NCBI GenBank assembly: GCA_043753995.1
Contig: JAYUVP010000249.1
Coordinates: forward strand, 32,001-96,000
Direction: 5' to 3'
DNA length: 64,000 nt
From: Fibrobacterota bacterium
GTDB lineage: Bacteria; Fibrobacterota; Fibrobacteria; UBA11236
Shown: one piece after another, positions 47,296-55,892 of the stretch
Position numbering within the stretch: the first letter of the stretch is position 1
Layout: every line of letters begins with the position of its first letter
Notes under the pieces: model-generated
What the model was told of the DNA's origin: nothing
The model's input: only the letters and a program-made list of their open reading frames with translations
Database searches by the model: none
Translations under genes and position numbers: made by a program

Positions 47296-49415
47296 GTCAG
47301 CGCCTCCATTTCCTTGAGCGATTCTGCGATAGCGGATTCAACGGCGGCCTTTAGGACTTCCAATTCCGTCCAAGTGGCGCCATGGGCTCCAGTCTCATCG
47401 GCAGCGCTTTCCAAGCGACTGGCCAAGGCAACAAGCTGCGGCAATTTCAAATAGCCAGCAGAGCCTTTGATATTGTGGGCCTCGCGGGCGAGGCTTTCGC
47501 GATTGCGGTTGCTTTGCGCGAGACTCAAGGCGGAGAGTCGTTTTTCGGCCTCTTTTGGCCATAACTTCGCTAAGGCGGTGGAAAGGGAGGAGTCTTCAGC
47601 ATTCGCCTTCTCGCTTTCGGAAGGTACGGCAGTCCAACCGGAGTCGCCGGTTTCATTTAAGGGCGGCAGAATAAAGCCTCGCAGCCTTTGACGGGTGGCG
47701 GTCTGTATGAGTTCCCGGCGTAAGTCGGAAGAGCGCAGAGGTTTGGTGAGAAATCCGCTCATACCCGCATCGAGGCAGGCTTGACGATCGGCTTCGCCGG
47801 CATTCGCGGTCAAAGCGATGATTTCGACTTCAGTGTCCAGCACGGGAGTGTCTGGAAAGCCGCCGCGCCTTATGCATTGGCTCGCATCAATCCCATCCAT
47901 CACGGGCATAAGCATATCCATAAATACCAGATCGTAACGAATTTCAGATAATTTACGGCAGGCCTCGGCCCCGTCTTCGGCCCAATCCACGGTTTGACCC
48001 AGCGCTTTCAACATGTGCAAGGCGATATACCGGTTGGTGGGGATGTCCTCCACCAGTAGGATTCTCAGTCGATAGTGCAATTCCTGCGGAGCTTCCGCAG
48101 GCGCGACGACCTTGGGAGGTTCGGACGCCACCAAGGGGAGATCGGCGGTAAATGCGCTGCCTCGCCCGACCAGGCTGTTCACGCTGAGGGTACCCCCCAT
48201 GGCAAGGACTAGGTTATGGGTGATGGAAAGGCCGAGACCCGTACCACCGAAATGACGTGTCGTCGAGGTTTCCCCCTGTTCGAAGGCCATAAACAGGCGG
48301 CCTTGGGCCTCGGTGGAAATACCAGGCCCAGTATCGGTCACGGTCAGTCGAATGCCTCCTTTGCCTGTGAATAAATCAGGCTTGGCTTCGAAGGCCACTT
48401 GAATCGATCCCGAGGTAGTGAATTTCACGGCATTGGAGGCGAGATTCAGTAGGATTTGGCGCAAACGCAAGGGATCCCCTTCGAGCCAGGCGGGGACGTT
48501 TTCTTCGACTTTCCAAGAGAAAGCCAGGCCTTTGCCCAGGGCCGTTTGATGCAGGGCATAAAGGCCTTCGGAGAGCAAGGTCCGAGGATCGAAAGCGATG
48601 CACTCCAGGGACAGTCGTCCCGCTTCGACTTTGGCTAGATCGAGTACGTCGTTGATCAAATCCAATTGCGCCTCAGCCTGTCTGAGCGCCTGCTCGATTT
48701 CGGTGCGCGCTTCGGCGGGCAATTCTCTTTTCAAGGTGAGGCCAAGCAGGCCAATCACTCCGGCCACGGGAGTACGTAATTCATGGCTCATTTGGGCAAA
48801 AAAACGGGACTTGGCTTGTAAACCCACCTCGGCCAGGTGGCGGGCGGCTTCCAGGCGAGACATGGTTTGAAGCAAAAAATGACGTAAGACACTTTGCAAT
48901 GCCAAGGCGACAAGGCCGTATAGCACAAGGTCGAGGGCATGGTTTGAAAAGGGAACAACGGGCTTTACCTGCTTTGAGAACAACAGATCGCCCCACCGTC
49001 CATAGGCCGACCACAAGACCAAGCTGAATAAGATGTGCAGCAAACCTTCGACGGGACCGAGCAGAATACCGGCGACCATGAAGACCAGCATGGCGCAAAT
49101 AGCCGGTTCGTAGAGGCTTCCGAAATAAAACATGGATGCCCCGAAAAGCGCCCCACTCAATAAGGCGCCATTGGCTGCGAGGCGATAGTGGCCCAGTCGA
49201 TTAGCTATAAACATGGTGGCGAGCAAGGTGTAAAGCGCGGCTTTGGGCTTCAGAGGCTCCCATGGCCTTTGCTCACTCTGAATAAATAAAAACGTGTCGA
49301 AAGTGACGCCGAGAATTATGGCAACCGCAAGCACTCCCCCGAGCACGCGCGCATTGTGATGATCCACGGCGGGACCGGGAGGCGGCAAAATCCAATGGGA
49401 AAGACGTTTTAGCAT
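47292..49415 (-). CDS. Membrane-bound hybrid histidine kinase (HisKA-HATPase-REC-Hpt)
   Basis: Multi-TM N-terminus; MSHELRTP, NLASNAVKFT, DTGPG, GGTGLGL, DMLMPVMDG and AHNIKGSA. Confidence 0.95.
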   Translation of the reverse strand: MLKRLSHWILPPPGPAVDHHNARVLGGVLAVAIILGVTFDTFLFIQSEQRPWEPLKPKAALYTLLATMFIANRLGHYRLAANGALLSGALFGASMFYFGSLYEPAICAMLVFMVAGILLGPVEGLLHILFSLVLWSAYGRWGDLLFSKQVKPVVPFSNHALDLVLYGLVALALQSVLRHFLLQTMSRLEAARHLAEVGLQAKSRFFAQMSHELRTPVAGVIGLLGLTLKRELPAEARTEIEQALRQAEAQLDLINDVLDLAKVEAGRLSLECIAFDPRTLLSEGLYALHQTALGKGLAFSWKVEENVPAWLEGDPLRLRQILLNLASNAVKFTTSGSIQVAFEAKPDLFTGKGGIRLTVTDTGPGISTEAQGRLFMAFEQGETSTTRHFGGTGLGLSITHNLVLAMGGTLSVNSLVGRGSAFTADLPLVASEPPKVVAPAEAPQELHYRLRILLVEDIPTNRYIALHMLKALGQTVDWAEDGAEACRKLSEIRYDLVFMDMLMPVMDGIDASQCIRRGGFPDTPVLDTEVEIIALTANAGEADRQACLDAGMSGFLTKPLRSSDLRRELIQTATRQRLRGFILPPLNETGDSGWTAVPSESEKANAEDSSLSTALAKLWPKEAEKRLSALSLAQSNRNRESLAREAHNIKGSAGYLKLPQLVALASRLESAADETGAHGATWTELEVLKAAVESAIAESLKEMEALT

Positions 49416-49609
49416 GTCGGTTTTGTTCAGTCAGCTAAAAAACCGTATCACGGCCGGGGGCAGACGCGATAGCCGGTTTTTCTAGATGCCCTTAAGCTTA
49501 TCCCCGGGCAGCGGTGACCATCAAGGCTGGAGTCATTTCGAGATCAGAATCACGGAATTGACGCATCCCAGACTTCGGAAAGGGGGTGGCAAGGCGCTAG
49601 AATGAGAAT

Positions 49610-51511
49610 ATGCCGACCTTGGGCCAAGAAGTGCTATGTCAAATTTTGACCGAAGCCCTGACCGCGGTCGAAGGTAAAGGGGTGGATGCGAATGCGGCCT
49701 TGCAGCGTCAAGGTTTGGATGCGGCCCAGATTCGTCAACCGAAAAACCGCATCGCATGGGAAACTTTTGCCCTGATTTTACGCGCTTTCGGCGATCATCT
49801 CCACGAGTCGGATTTTCGCGCTGCGGGTGAGAGATTTTGCACCCAGGGCGGTTTTGCTCTGAATGCCTTTCTCTTTCGGACTTTTTTCACGGTGCGTCAA
49901 GGCTATGCCGACTTTTTCGGTCATCCCGGCGCAGCGGGATCGGTCTGGAAGCGCCAAGTCGACTGCCTGGAAACCCGCTGCGAGGATCGTGGCGCGCGCG
50001 GATTACAAGTGACTTTGAAATTGTTGCCCGGCTATGCCATGTCGCGTGAGTTTTTTTGGTTGACACAGGGCATTGCCATGGGCTTTCCCCGCATTTGGGG
50101 CCTGCCTTCGACCTGGGCTGAAACCACTTGGCGTGGCGATGGCATTGTTCTCGATTTTGCCGTGCCCGAGAAAAGCCCTTGGTTGGCCTGGCTGGGACCT
50201 TGGTTGGGTTTGCGATCCGTGTCGCCAATACTTTCACGTGAAACGTTATTGGCGAATCAGGCCCTGCAGGAAAAAAACCGGGAATTGGAAATCTGCGTGA
50301 CGAATTTGAAAACTGCGTACGCAGCTTGTGAGGCCGAAAGGTTACGGGCTGAAATGGCAAATAAGGCCAAGAGTGATTTTCTTTCGGCTCTAAGCCATGA
50401 ATTGCGTACTCCTTTGAGCAATATCCTCGGCTTGTCGGACCTGCTCGCCGAGGCATTGCCGCAAGGCGAGGTTCGCAGCGATGCCCAGGCCATCGCAGAA
50501 TGCGGCGATACTCTGCGTAGCACCCTCGATCGCCTTCTCGAATATTGCCAAAAGGCCCAGGTTCAGGAAGCGGCGCAAAGCCATGAGGTCGATGTGCCCG
50601 CCTTGCTCAAAGAATTGGGCGAAGGGTATGCCCCCAAGTGTTATGCCAAGAATATGGATTTTCAATTGACCATACCCAGCACCTTGCCGCCCTTGTATGG
50701 TGATGCACGACGCATGCGCGGGATTTTGGCGGCTTTTCTCGACAATGCAATCAAGTTTACGGACAAGGGCAAGGTGTCACTCACCACCTACTTCGAAGGA
50801 CCGGCCTTGATCTTCACCGTAGAAGACACTGGGCCGGGAATGCCATCGCAGCAAATACCCCGTCTTTTCAAGCCCTTAGAAATGGGCGAGACTTCGCCGA
50901 ACCGATTCCTAGGCGGGACAGGCAAGGGCCTCGCTTTGGCGGCCAAACTTTCCGAATCCTTAGGCGGCGCCATCAGCGCTTCCAGTCGGCTTGGCGAAGG
51001 TGCAAGCTTCAGCCTGCGACTGGCTTTGAGCCGGCTGCCTCCCAAGGTCGGCGCGGCTTGGCCGGATTGGAACGCGGCAAGCCACGATAATTCCCCGACC
51101 CCATCGGGATCCATGAAGGTTTTGTTGGCCGAAGACAATGAGTTTAATCGAGATGTGACAAGACGTATTTTGGAAAAAGCCGGACATCGCGTCGATGTCG
51201 CCAAGCATGGACTCGAAGCCGCCATCTCCGCCAAGGCCCGGGCCTATGATGTCATCTTGCTCGACATACGCATGCCGGTCATGGACGGCCTCGCTGCCGC
51301 GAAATCCATTTTGAGAAGCGTCTCGGTAAAACCCAGGCTTATCGCCCTGACCGCCAATGCCGGCGAGGAGGATCGACAAGCTTGCCTCAATGCAGGATTT
51401 GAGCTTTTTTTGCCCAAGCCTGTGGCACCGCTGGAATTATTGGAAGCCTTGACGGGCAATCCAGGGAAAATCCAAAGGGGCAAGTCGGCCGATGGAGACG
51501 GACTCCGGTAA
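49610..51511 (+). CDS. Hybrid histidine kinase (HisKA-HATPase-REC) with an N-terminal AraC-ligand-binding-like domain
   Basis: LSHELRTP, DNAIKFT, DTGPG and DIRMPVMDG. N-terminus G.D...L...GL....P..RI.W resembles OruR-type AraC N-domains. Confidence 0.9.
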   Translation: MPTLGQEVLCQILTEALTAVEGKGVDANAALQRQGLDAAQIRQPKNRIAWETFALILRAFGDHLHESDFRAAGERFCTQGGFALNAFLFRTFFTVRQGYADFFGHPGAAGSVWKRQVDCLETRCEDRGARGLQVTLKLLPGYAMSREFFWLTQGIAMGFPRIWGLPSTWAETTWRGDGIVLDFAVPEKSPWLAWLGPWLGLRSVSPILSRETLLANQALQEKNRELEICVTNLKTAYAACEAERLRAEMANKAKSDFLSALSHELRTPLSNILGLSDLLAEALPQGEVRSDAQAIAECGDTLRSTLDRLLEYCQKAQVQEAAQSHEVDVPALLKELGEGYAPKCYAKNMDFQLTIPSTLPPLYGDARRMRGILAAFLDNAIKFTDKGKVSLTTYFEGPALIFTVEDTGPGMPSQQIPRLFKPLEMGETSPNRFLGGTGKGLALAAKLSESLGGAISASSRLGEGASFSLRLALSRLPPKVGAAWPDWNAASHDNSPTPSGSMKVLLAEDNEFNRDVTRRILEKAGHRVDVAKHGLEAAISAKARAYDVILLDIRMPVMDGLAAAKSILRSVSVKPRLIALTANAGEEDRQACLNAGFELFLPKPVAPLELLEALTGNPGKIQRGKSADGDGLR

Positions 51512-51731
51512 CTCTTTTCTTGATTTTGAAGTTGCTCTTGATCGGGTCAATTTGGCGGGATTCAGGCTTGACCCGTTTCGGCGAAGAGAAATTTTCAATA
51601 CCAAGCCAATCGTGAGTCGATGGCATCGTAACCGCTTGCGCAGCAATTGGTTATTAAGTTATTTTCAAGCAATCAGATCTCAATTATCGTCTCATTCCCA
51701 TAGTTACGCCTTCTATGCAGGAGAGCCCACA

Positions 51732-53225
51732 ATGCGGCAGCTTTTATCCTTTCGCGCTAAAACCCTAGCTCGGCCCATCGGTCTTCAGAACCGGATCCTC
51801 GCCACGGTGGCTGGCCTAGCTATGGCTGCCCAGTTTACTTCCGCTCAAATTGTGCCTGGCATACGCAATTTTGATGCTGACTCGATTGAAACCACCATGA
51901 CCGCCGTGCCCGCCCTTTTGTCCCAGACCGGCATTTACACCGGCATCGCCACCAGTGCCCGTAAAATCTCGGATACCAATTCCATCGTTTCTTTCGAAGT
52001 AAATAGCCCGCTTTGGACCGATGGGTCAAGCAAGGAAAGGTTTATCTCCTTGCCTCCTGGTGCAGCCAAGGTTATACCCACCGATACCTCCAACTATACC
52101 TTTCCCCCGAAAACGGTCCTAATCAAGAATTTCATGATAGACACGATATACGGCAATCCCGCCAGCCGCATTAATGTCGAAACACGAATATTGGTTTATC
52201 AATCGGGTCTAAAAACTTGGTCGGGTCTCAGCTATAAATGGCGACGGAATCAAACCGATGCCGATCTCATCCCCCCTGAAATTGACTCGACCTTTGTCCA
52301 CGGTGTTTGGTTGAATGGCACTCTGGTAGGCAAGCGTTGGCTCTATCCCTCCTCCTTTAGTTGCAAGGCTTGCCATCTCGGGAAAGAAGCCAATGGCAAA
52401 AGGGGAACCCTTGGATTCATCACGCCCCAGCTCAATCGCATTATCAATGGCACGAATCAATTGCAAAGGCTCGTCGACAAAGGCGTGCTTTCCGTCAACC
52501 CGGTAGCGGGCAAGCCGAATGCGCATCGCTGGTATGGCTTAAAAGAAACTTCGGCGACCTTGGAGCAAAGAGCCCGCTCCTATTTTGCCGCGAACTGCTC
52601 ACATTGCCATGGAAACAATAATGTGCTTACCGTCAATCATCGGTTTGATTATTTCAATCCAGCCAAGAAAATCACCACGGCCGATGACGAAGGCGGTTTT
52701 GTAGGCCTCCATCCCATGGGCAATACCCCGCTTATCACTCCCGGAAATGCGACCACAGACAGCTCGGTCCTTTTGGAGAAAATGATGTTTCGCGACGATC
52801 AGTTCAACTCCGTCGACAATAGACAAATGCCTCCTATCGCCACTTCCCAACCGGACTCAACGGCCATCCTCTTGATCAAGGATTGGATTTGCTCCATGAA
52901 GCCTAGCGCGACTTGCAATTTGTCCCCTTGGCTGCCGGACGAAACCTTTTGGACGGGAAAGGAGGAAATCACCGCAGGAATCGGAAAACGCTCCTTGGCC
53001 CATCACCAGGGCGCGGCCTTCCAGCCGCGAATCCTGAATCACCAGCTCTTTATTCCGGTCAATATCGCCGCCTCCAGCAAGGTGGTTCTGCGCGACTATA
53101 GTGGCCGTACCATTCCAATTCAATCCATGGGCAGCGGTTTTTACAAGCTGCCTGCTGGTTTGAAGCGGGGCGTCTATTTGGTCTCAGTCGGCACGGTTCA
53201 AGTGCGATTGAATTATTTGCCTTAG
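51732..53225 (+). CDS. Secreted diheme c-type cytochrome (SO2930/HNE_0200-like) with a T9SS-like tail
   Basis: LLSQTG, EVNSPLWTDG..K.R, CKACH, RARSYF..NCSHCH, MPP and C-terminal GVYLVSV. GGAG RBS precedes ATG 51732. Confidence 0.85.
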   Translation: MRQLLSFRAKTLARPIGLQNRILATVAGLAMAAQFTSAQIVPGIRNFDADSIETTMTAVPALLSQTGIYTGIATSARKISDTNSIVSFEVNSPLWTDGSSKERFISLPPGAAKVIPTDTSNYTFPPKTVLIKNFMIDTIYGNPASRINVETRILVYQSGLKTWSGLSYKWRRNQTDADLIPPEIDSTFVHGVWLNGTLVGKRWLYPSSFSCKACHLGKEANGKRGTLGFITPQLNRIINGTNQLQRLVDKGVLSVNPVAGKPNAHRWYGLKETSATLEQRARSYFAANCSHCHGNNNVLTVNHRFDYFNPAKKITTADDEGGFVGLHPMGNTPLITPGNATTDSSVLLEKMMFRDDQFNSVDNRQMPPIATSQPDSTAILLIKDWICSMKPSATCNLSPWLPDETFWTGKEEITAGIGKRSLAHHQGAAFQPRILNHQLFIPVNIAASSKVVLRDYSGRTIPIQSMGSGFYKLPAGLKRGVYLVSVGTVQVRLNYLP

Positions 53226-53258
53226 GTGTTCGGGCGCCCTTAACTACAGCGCCCTAAG
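53221..53258. repeat. Duplicated downstream hairpin-like element (second copy at about 54930-54967)
   Basis: GGGCGCC.TTAACTACAGCGCCCTAAG follows both cytochrome stops, with GGGCGC/GCGCCC arms. Confidence 0.7.
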
Positions 53259-53270
53259 ATGCGGACCTGA

Positions 53271-53301
53271 AACAGATGCCCAGGATAACTAGGCATCTGT
53301 T
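53271..53301 (+). terminator. Stem-loop between the tandem cytochrome genes (possible terminator or stabiliser)
   Basis: AACAGATGCC...GGCATCTGTT perfect 10-bp inverted repeat; no strong U-tract. Confidence 0.45.
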
Positions 53302-53422
53302 CTCGCCCTGGTTGTGCTCTTTCGGATGTCGCCAAGCGGATTTATTAGTTAAGTGCAAGTAGTCAGGTTTTATTTATCACGCGCGCTAATTTTTGTATGT
53401 CCGAAATGCAGGAGAGCCCACA

Positions 53423-54934
53423 ATGCTGCAGCCGATCTCTTTTCGCCCTAAGACCCTAGCCAGGCCCGCCGGTCTTCAAGGCCGGATTCTCGCGGTTATT
53501 GCCTGCCTGACTGTGGCTGCCCAGCTTACCTCCGCCCAAATTGTTTCCGGCATACGCAATTTTTTCTTTGACGAGATTGAACCCAATCCCGCCATCCTGG
53601 CTGCCGTGCCCAAGCTTTTATCCCAGACCGGCATTTACACGGGCATCGCCACCAGTGCCCGAAAAATTTCAGATACCAATTCCATCGTTTCCTTCGAGGT
53701 GAATAGCCCGCTTTGGACCGATGGGTCAAGCAAGGAAAGGTTTATTTCCTTGCCCCCGGGGACTGCCAGAGTCATTCCAACCGATACGGCCAACTATTCC
53801 TTCCCCGCGAAAACGGTTCTGATTAAGAATTTCATGATTGACACTATAGTCGGCAATCCTGCTAGCCGCATTTATGTTGAAACGCGAATCCTGGTTTATC
53901 AATCGGGGGCAAAAACTTGGTCGGGTCTCAGCTATCAATGGCGGCGGAATCAAAGCGATGCCGATCTCATTCCTCCCGAAAGTGACTCGACCTATGTCCA
54001 TGGTGTTAGGTTGAATGGGACTCTAGTAGGCAAGCGTTGGCTCTATCCCTCATCCAAAAATTGCAGGTCATGCCATATCGGAAATGAAGTCAATGCTAAA
54101 AGGGGAGCGCTTGGATTCATCACCCCCCAACTCAATCGTATCATTAATGGCGCGAATCAATTGCAAAGACTCGTCGACAAAGGCGTGCTTTCCAACAATC
54201 CCGTGGCTGGCAAACCAAATGCGCATCGTTGGTATGGATTGAAGGAGACTTCGGCGACCTTGGAACAAAGGGCCCGCTCCTATTTCGCAGCCAATTGTTC
54301 ACATTGTCATGAAAACAATCATGGGCTCACCGTCAATCATCAGTTCGACTATTTCAATCCGGCCAGGAAAATAACCACGGTCGATGACCCCATAGGTGGT
54401 TATTTGGGCCTGCATCCCAAGGGCAATACGCCACTCCTCACACCTGGGAATGTGACGTTTGACAGCTCAGTCATTTTGGAAAAAATGATGCATCGCGTGG
54501 ATCAGCTCCCTAGCACCTCGCTCGAAAATTCCCAAATGCCTCCCATCGCCACCTCCCAACCGGACTCTGCGGCCGTGCTCTTGATTAAGGATTGGATTTG
54601 CTCCATGAAGCCTAATGCGACCTGCACTTTATCACCTTGGCTGCCGGACGACACCTTTTGGGCAGATTCTTTGGAAATCTCCGTAAGTATCAGAAAACAA
54701 CAGCGGGCTCATCCCCAAGGCATGGCCATTCAGCCGCAAATTTTAAATCACCAGCTTTTCATTCCCGCCAATATGACCGCATCGAATAAGGTGGTTCTGC
54801 GCGACCATAATGGCCGCACCATTCCAATTCAATCCATGGGTAGCGGTTTTTACAAGCTGCCTGCTGGTTTGAATCGGGGCGTCTACTTGGTCTCGGTCGG
54901 CACGGTTCAGGTGCGATTGAATTATCTGCCTTAA
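53423..54934 (+). CDS. Secreted diheme c-type cytochrome, tandem paralog of 51732-53225
   Basis: Highly similar along its length; CRSCH and CSHCH; same GCAGGAGAGCCCACAATG start context. Confidence 0.85.
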   Translation: MLQPISFRPKTLARPAGLQGRILAVIACLTVAAQLTSAQIVSGIRNFFFDEIEPNPAILAAVPKLLSQTGIYTGIATSARKISDTNSIVSFEVNSPLWTDGSSKERFISLPPGTARVIPTDTANYSFPAKTVLIKNFMIDTIVGNPASRIYVETRILVYQSGAKTWSGLSYQWRRNQSDADLIPPESDSTYVHGVRLNGTLVGKRWLYPSSKNCRSCHIGNEVNAKRGALGFITPQLNRIINGANQLQRLVDKGVLSNNPVAGKPNAHRWYGLKETSATLEQRARSYFAANCSHCHENNHGLTVNHQFDYFNPARKITTVDDPIGGYLGLHPKGNTPLLTPGNVTFDSSVILEKMMHRVDQLPSTSLENSQMPPIATSQPDSAAVLLIKDWICSMKPNATCTLSPWLPDDTFWADSLEISVSIRKQQRAHPQGMAIQPQILNHQLFIPANMTASNKVVLRDHNGRTIPIQSMGSGFYKLPAGLNRGVYLVSVGTVQVRLNYLP

Positions 54935-54976
54935 GTGCACGGGCGCCATTAACTACAGCGCCCTAAGCTACGGACC

Positions 54977-55417
54977 CTATTGCGCCGATCCAAATTGGCG
55001 CACCAGGTTATCCAGGCATCCATTCCAGCCGCGATTGTGATTTTCCCTCTGTTCCACGGCTAAGAACTCGTGGGTCAAGGTCAATTCGGTCCCTTCTTTG
55101 ACCTTGCGAAAGTGCAAGGTCACCACACTTTCTTTTGCGTATGGGCTGTTCCAGGTGAAGACCAGCTTTTCACCTGGAATGATTTCCGTGTAGATGCCTT
55201 CATGGCGGACAATTGTATCCTTGTCTTTTCGCATTCCAATCACAAAGGCGCCGCCCTGGCGAAAATCATTGGTCACCTCGGATGACCAGCCTTGGTCGGC
55301 GAAGAACCAGCGGCACATTTCCTTGGCATCGGTGAAGGCCCGGAACACGACATCGGGCGCAAAGGGCAAAGTGCGCTTGACGACTAGGGCTGCGGTTTGG
55401 GTGGTTGTGCTTTCCAT
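54977..55417 (-). CDS. SRPBCC / AHSA1-like ligand-binding protein
   Basis: VFRAFTD...WF, DFRQGG, G.Y.EI.P.EKLVFTW, GTELTLTHE and GW..CLD.L. Confidence 0.92.
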   Translation of the reverse strand: MESTTTQTAALVVKRTLPFAPDVVFRAFTDAKEMCRWFFADQGWSSEVTNDFRQGGAFVIGMRKDKDTIVRHEGIYTEIIPGEKLVFTWNSPYAKESVVTLHFRKVKEGTELTLTHEFLAVEQRENHNRGWNGCLDNLVRQFGSAQ

Positions 55418-55421
55418 AACA

Positions 55422-55760
55422 TCATCCTTTGGATTGGGTTTCGTGCAAATACTTTTCCAGGGCGTCGAATTGGTTCTCCCAGAACCGTTTGTATTCCAGT
55501 AGGAGCTTGGCTACGCCTCCCAGTGGTTGGGGATTGAGGCGGCAGTGTTGAATGCGCCCTTCCTTTCTTTTGACCACGAGCTTTGCCTTTTCCAGCACCT
55601 GTATGTGCTTGGAGACTCCCGCTAGTGAAATGTCGTAGGGCTCGGCAATTTCATTGACCGTGTACTCCCGACGTGAGAGCTGCTTGAGGATGGCGCGGCG
55701 GGTGGGGTCGGCCAGGGCCATCAGAACCGTGTCTAGCGAATCGGCTTTATTATCAACCAT
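55422..55760 (-). CDS. ArsR/SmtB family transcriptional regulator
   Basis: ALADPTRRAIL..L, VSKHIQVLE.A.LV...GR and FW...FDAL. Typical ArsR-SRPBCC pair. Confidence 0.93.
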   Translation of the reverse strand: MVDNKADSLDTVLMALADPTRRAILKQLSRREYTVNEIAEPYDISLAGVSKHIQVLEKAKLVVKRKEGRIQHCRLNPQPLGGVAKLLLEYKRFWENQFDALEKYLHETQSKG

Positions 55761-55809
55761 GTGGTTGAATATATCACAGGAGCGAGGGGATTGTCAACTG
55801 ATTGGTTGA
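55753..55809 (-). promoter_or_regulatory. Promoter of arsR-SRPBCC with two TCAAC-N6-GTTGA operators
   Basis: Palindromes at 55753-55768 and 55794-55809. Minus strand TTGACA-N18-TATATT with a TG extension. Confidence 0.8.
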
Positions 55810-55892
55810 ATATTCGGGTTCGAGCCCACCGCCTCCTGGCTTTCTCGGCAGGGTTTTCATAGAATCGGCTTTGAAACCCATCCAGGCAGGCC

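Noticed and set aside
51492..51731. 80-aa N-terminal extension of the first diheme cytochrome
   Set aside because: The paralog and the shared GGAG RBS place the start at 51732; this stretch is AT-rich and promoter-like.
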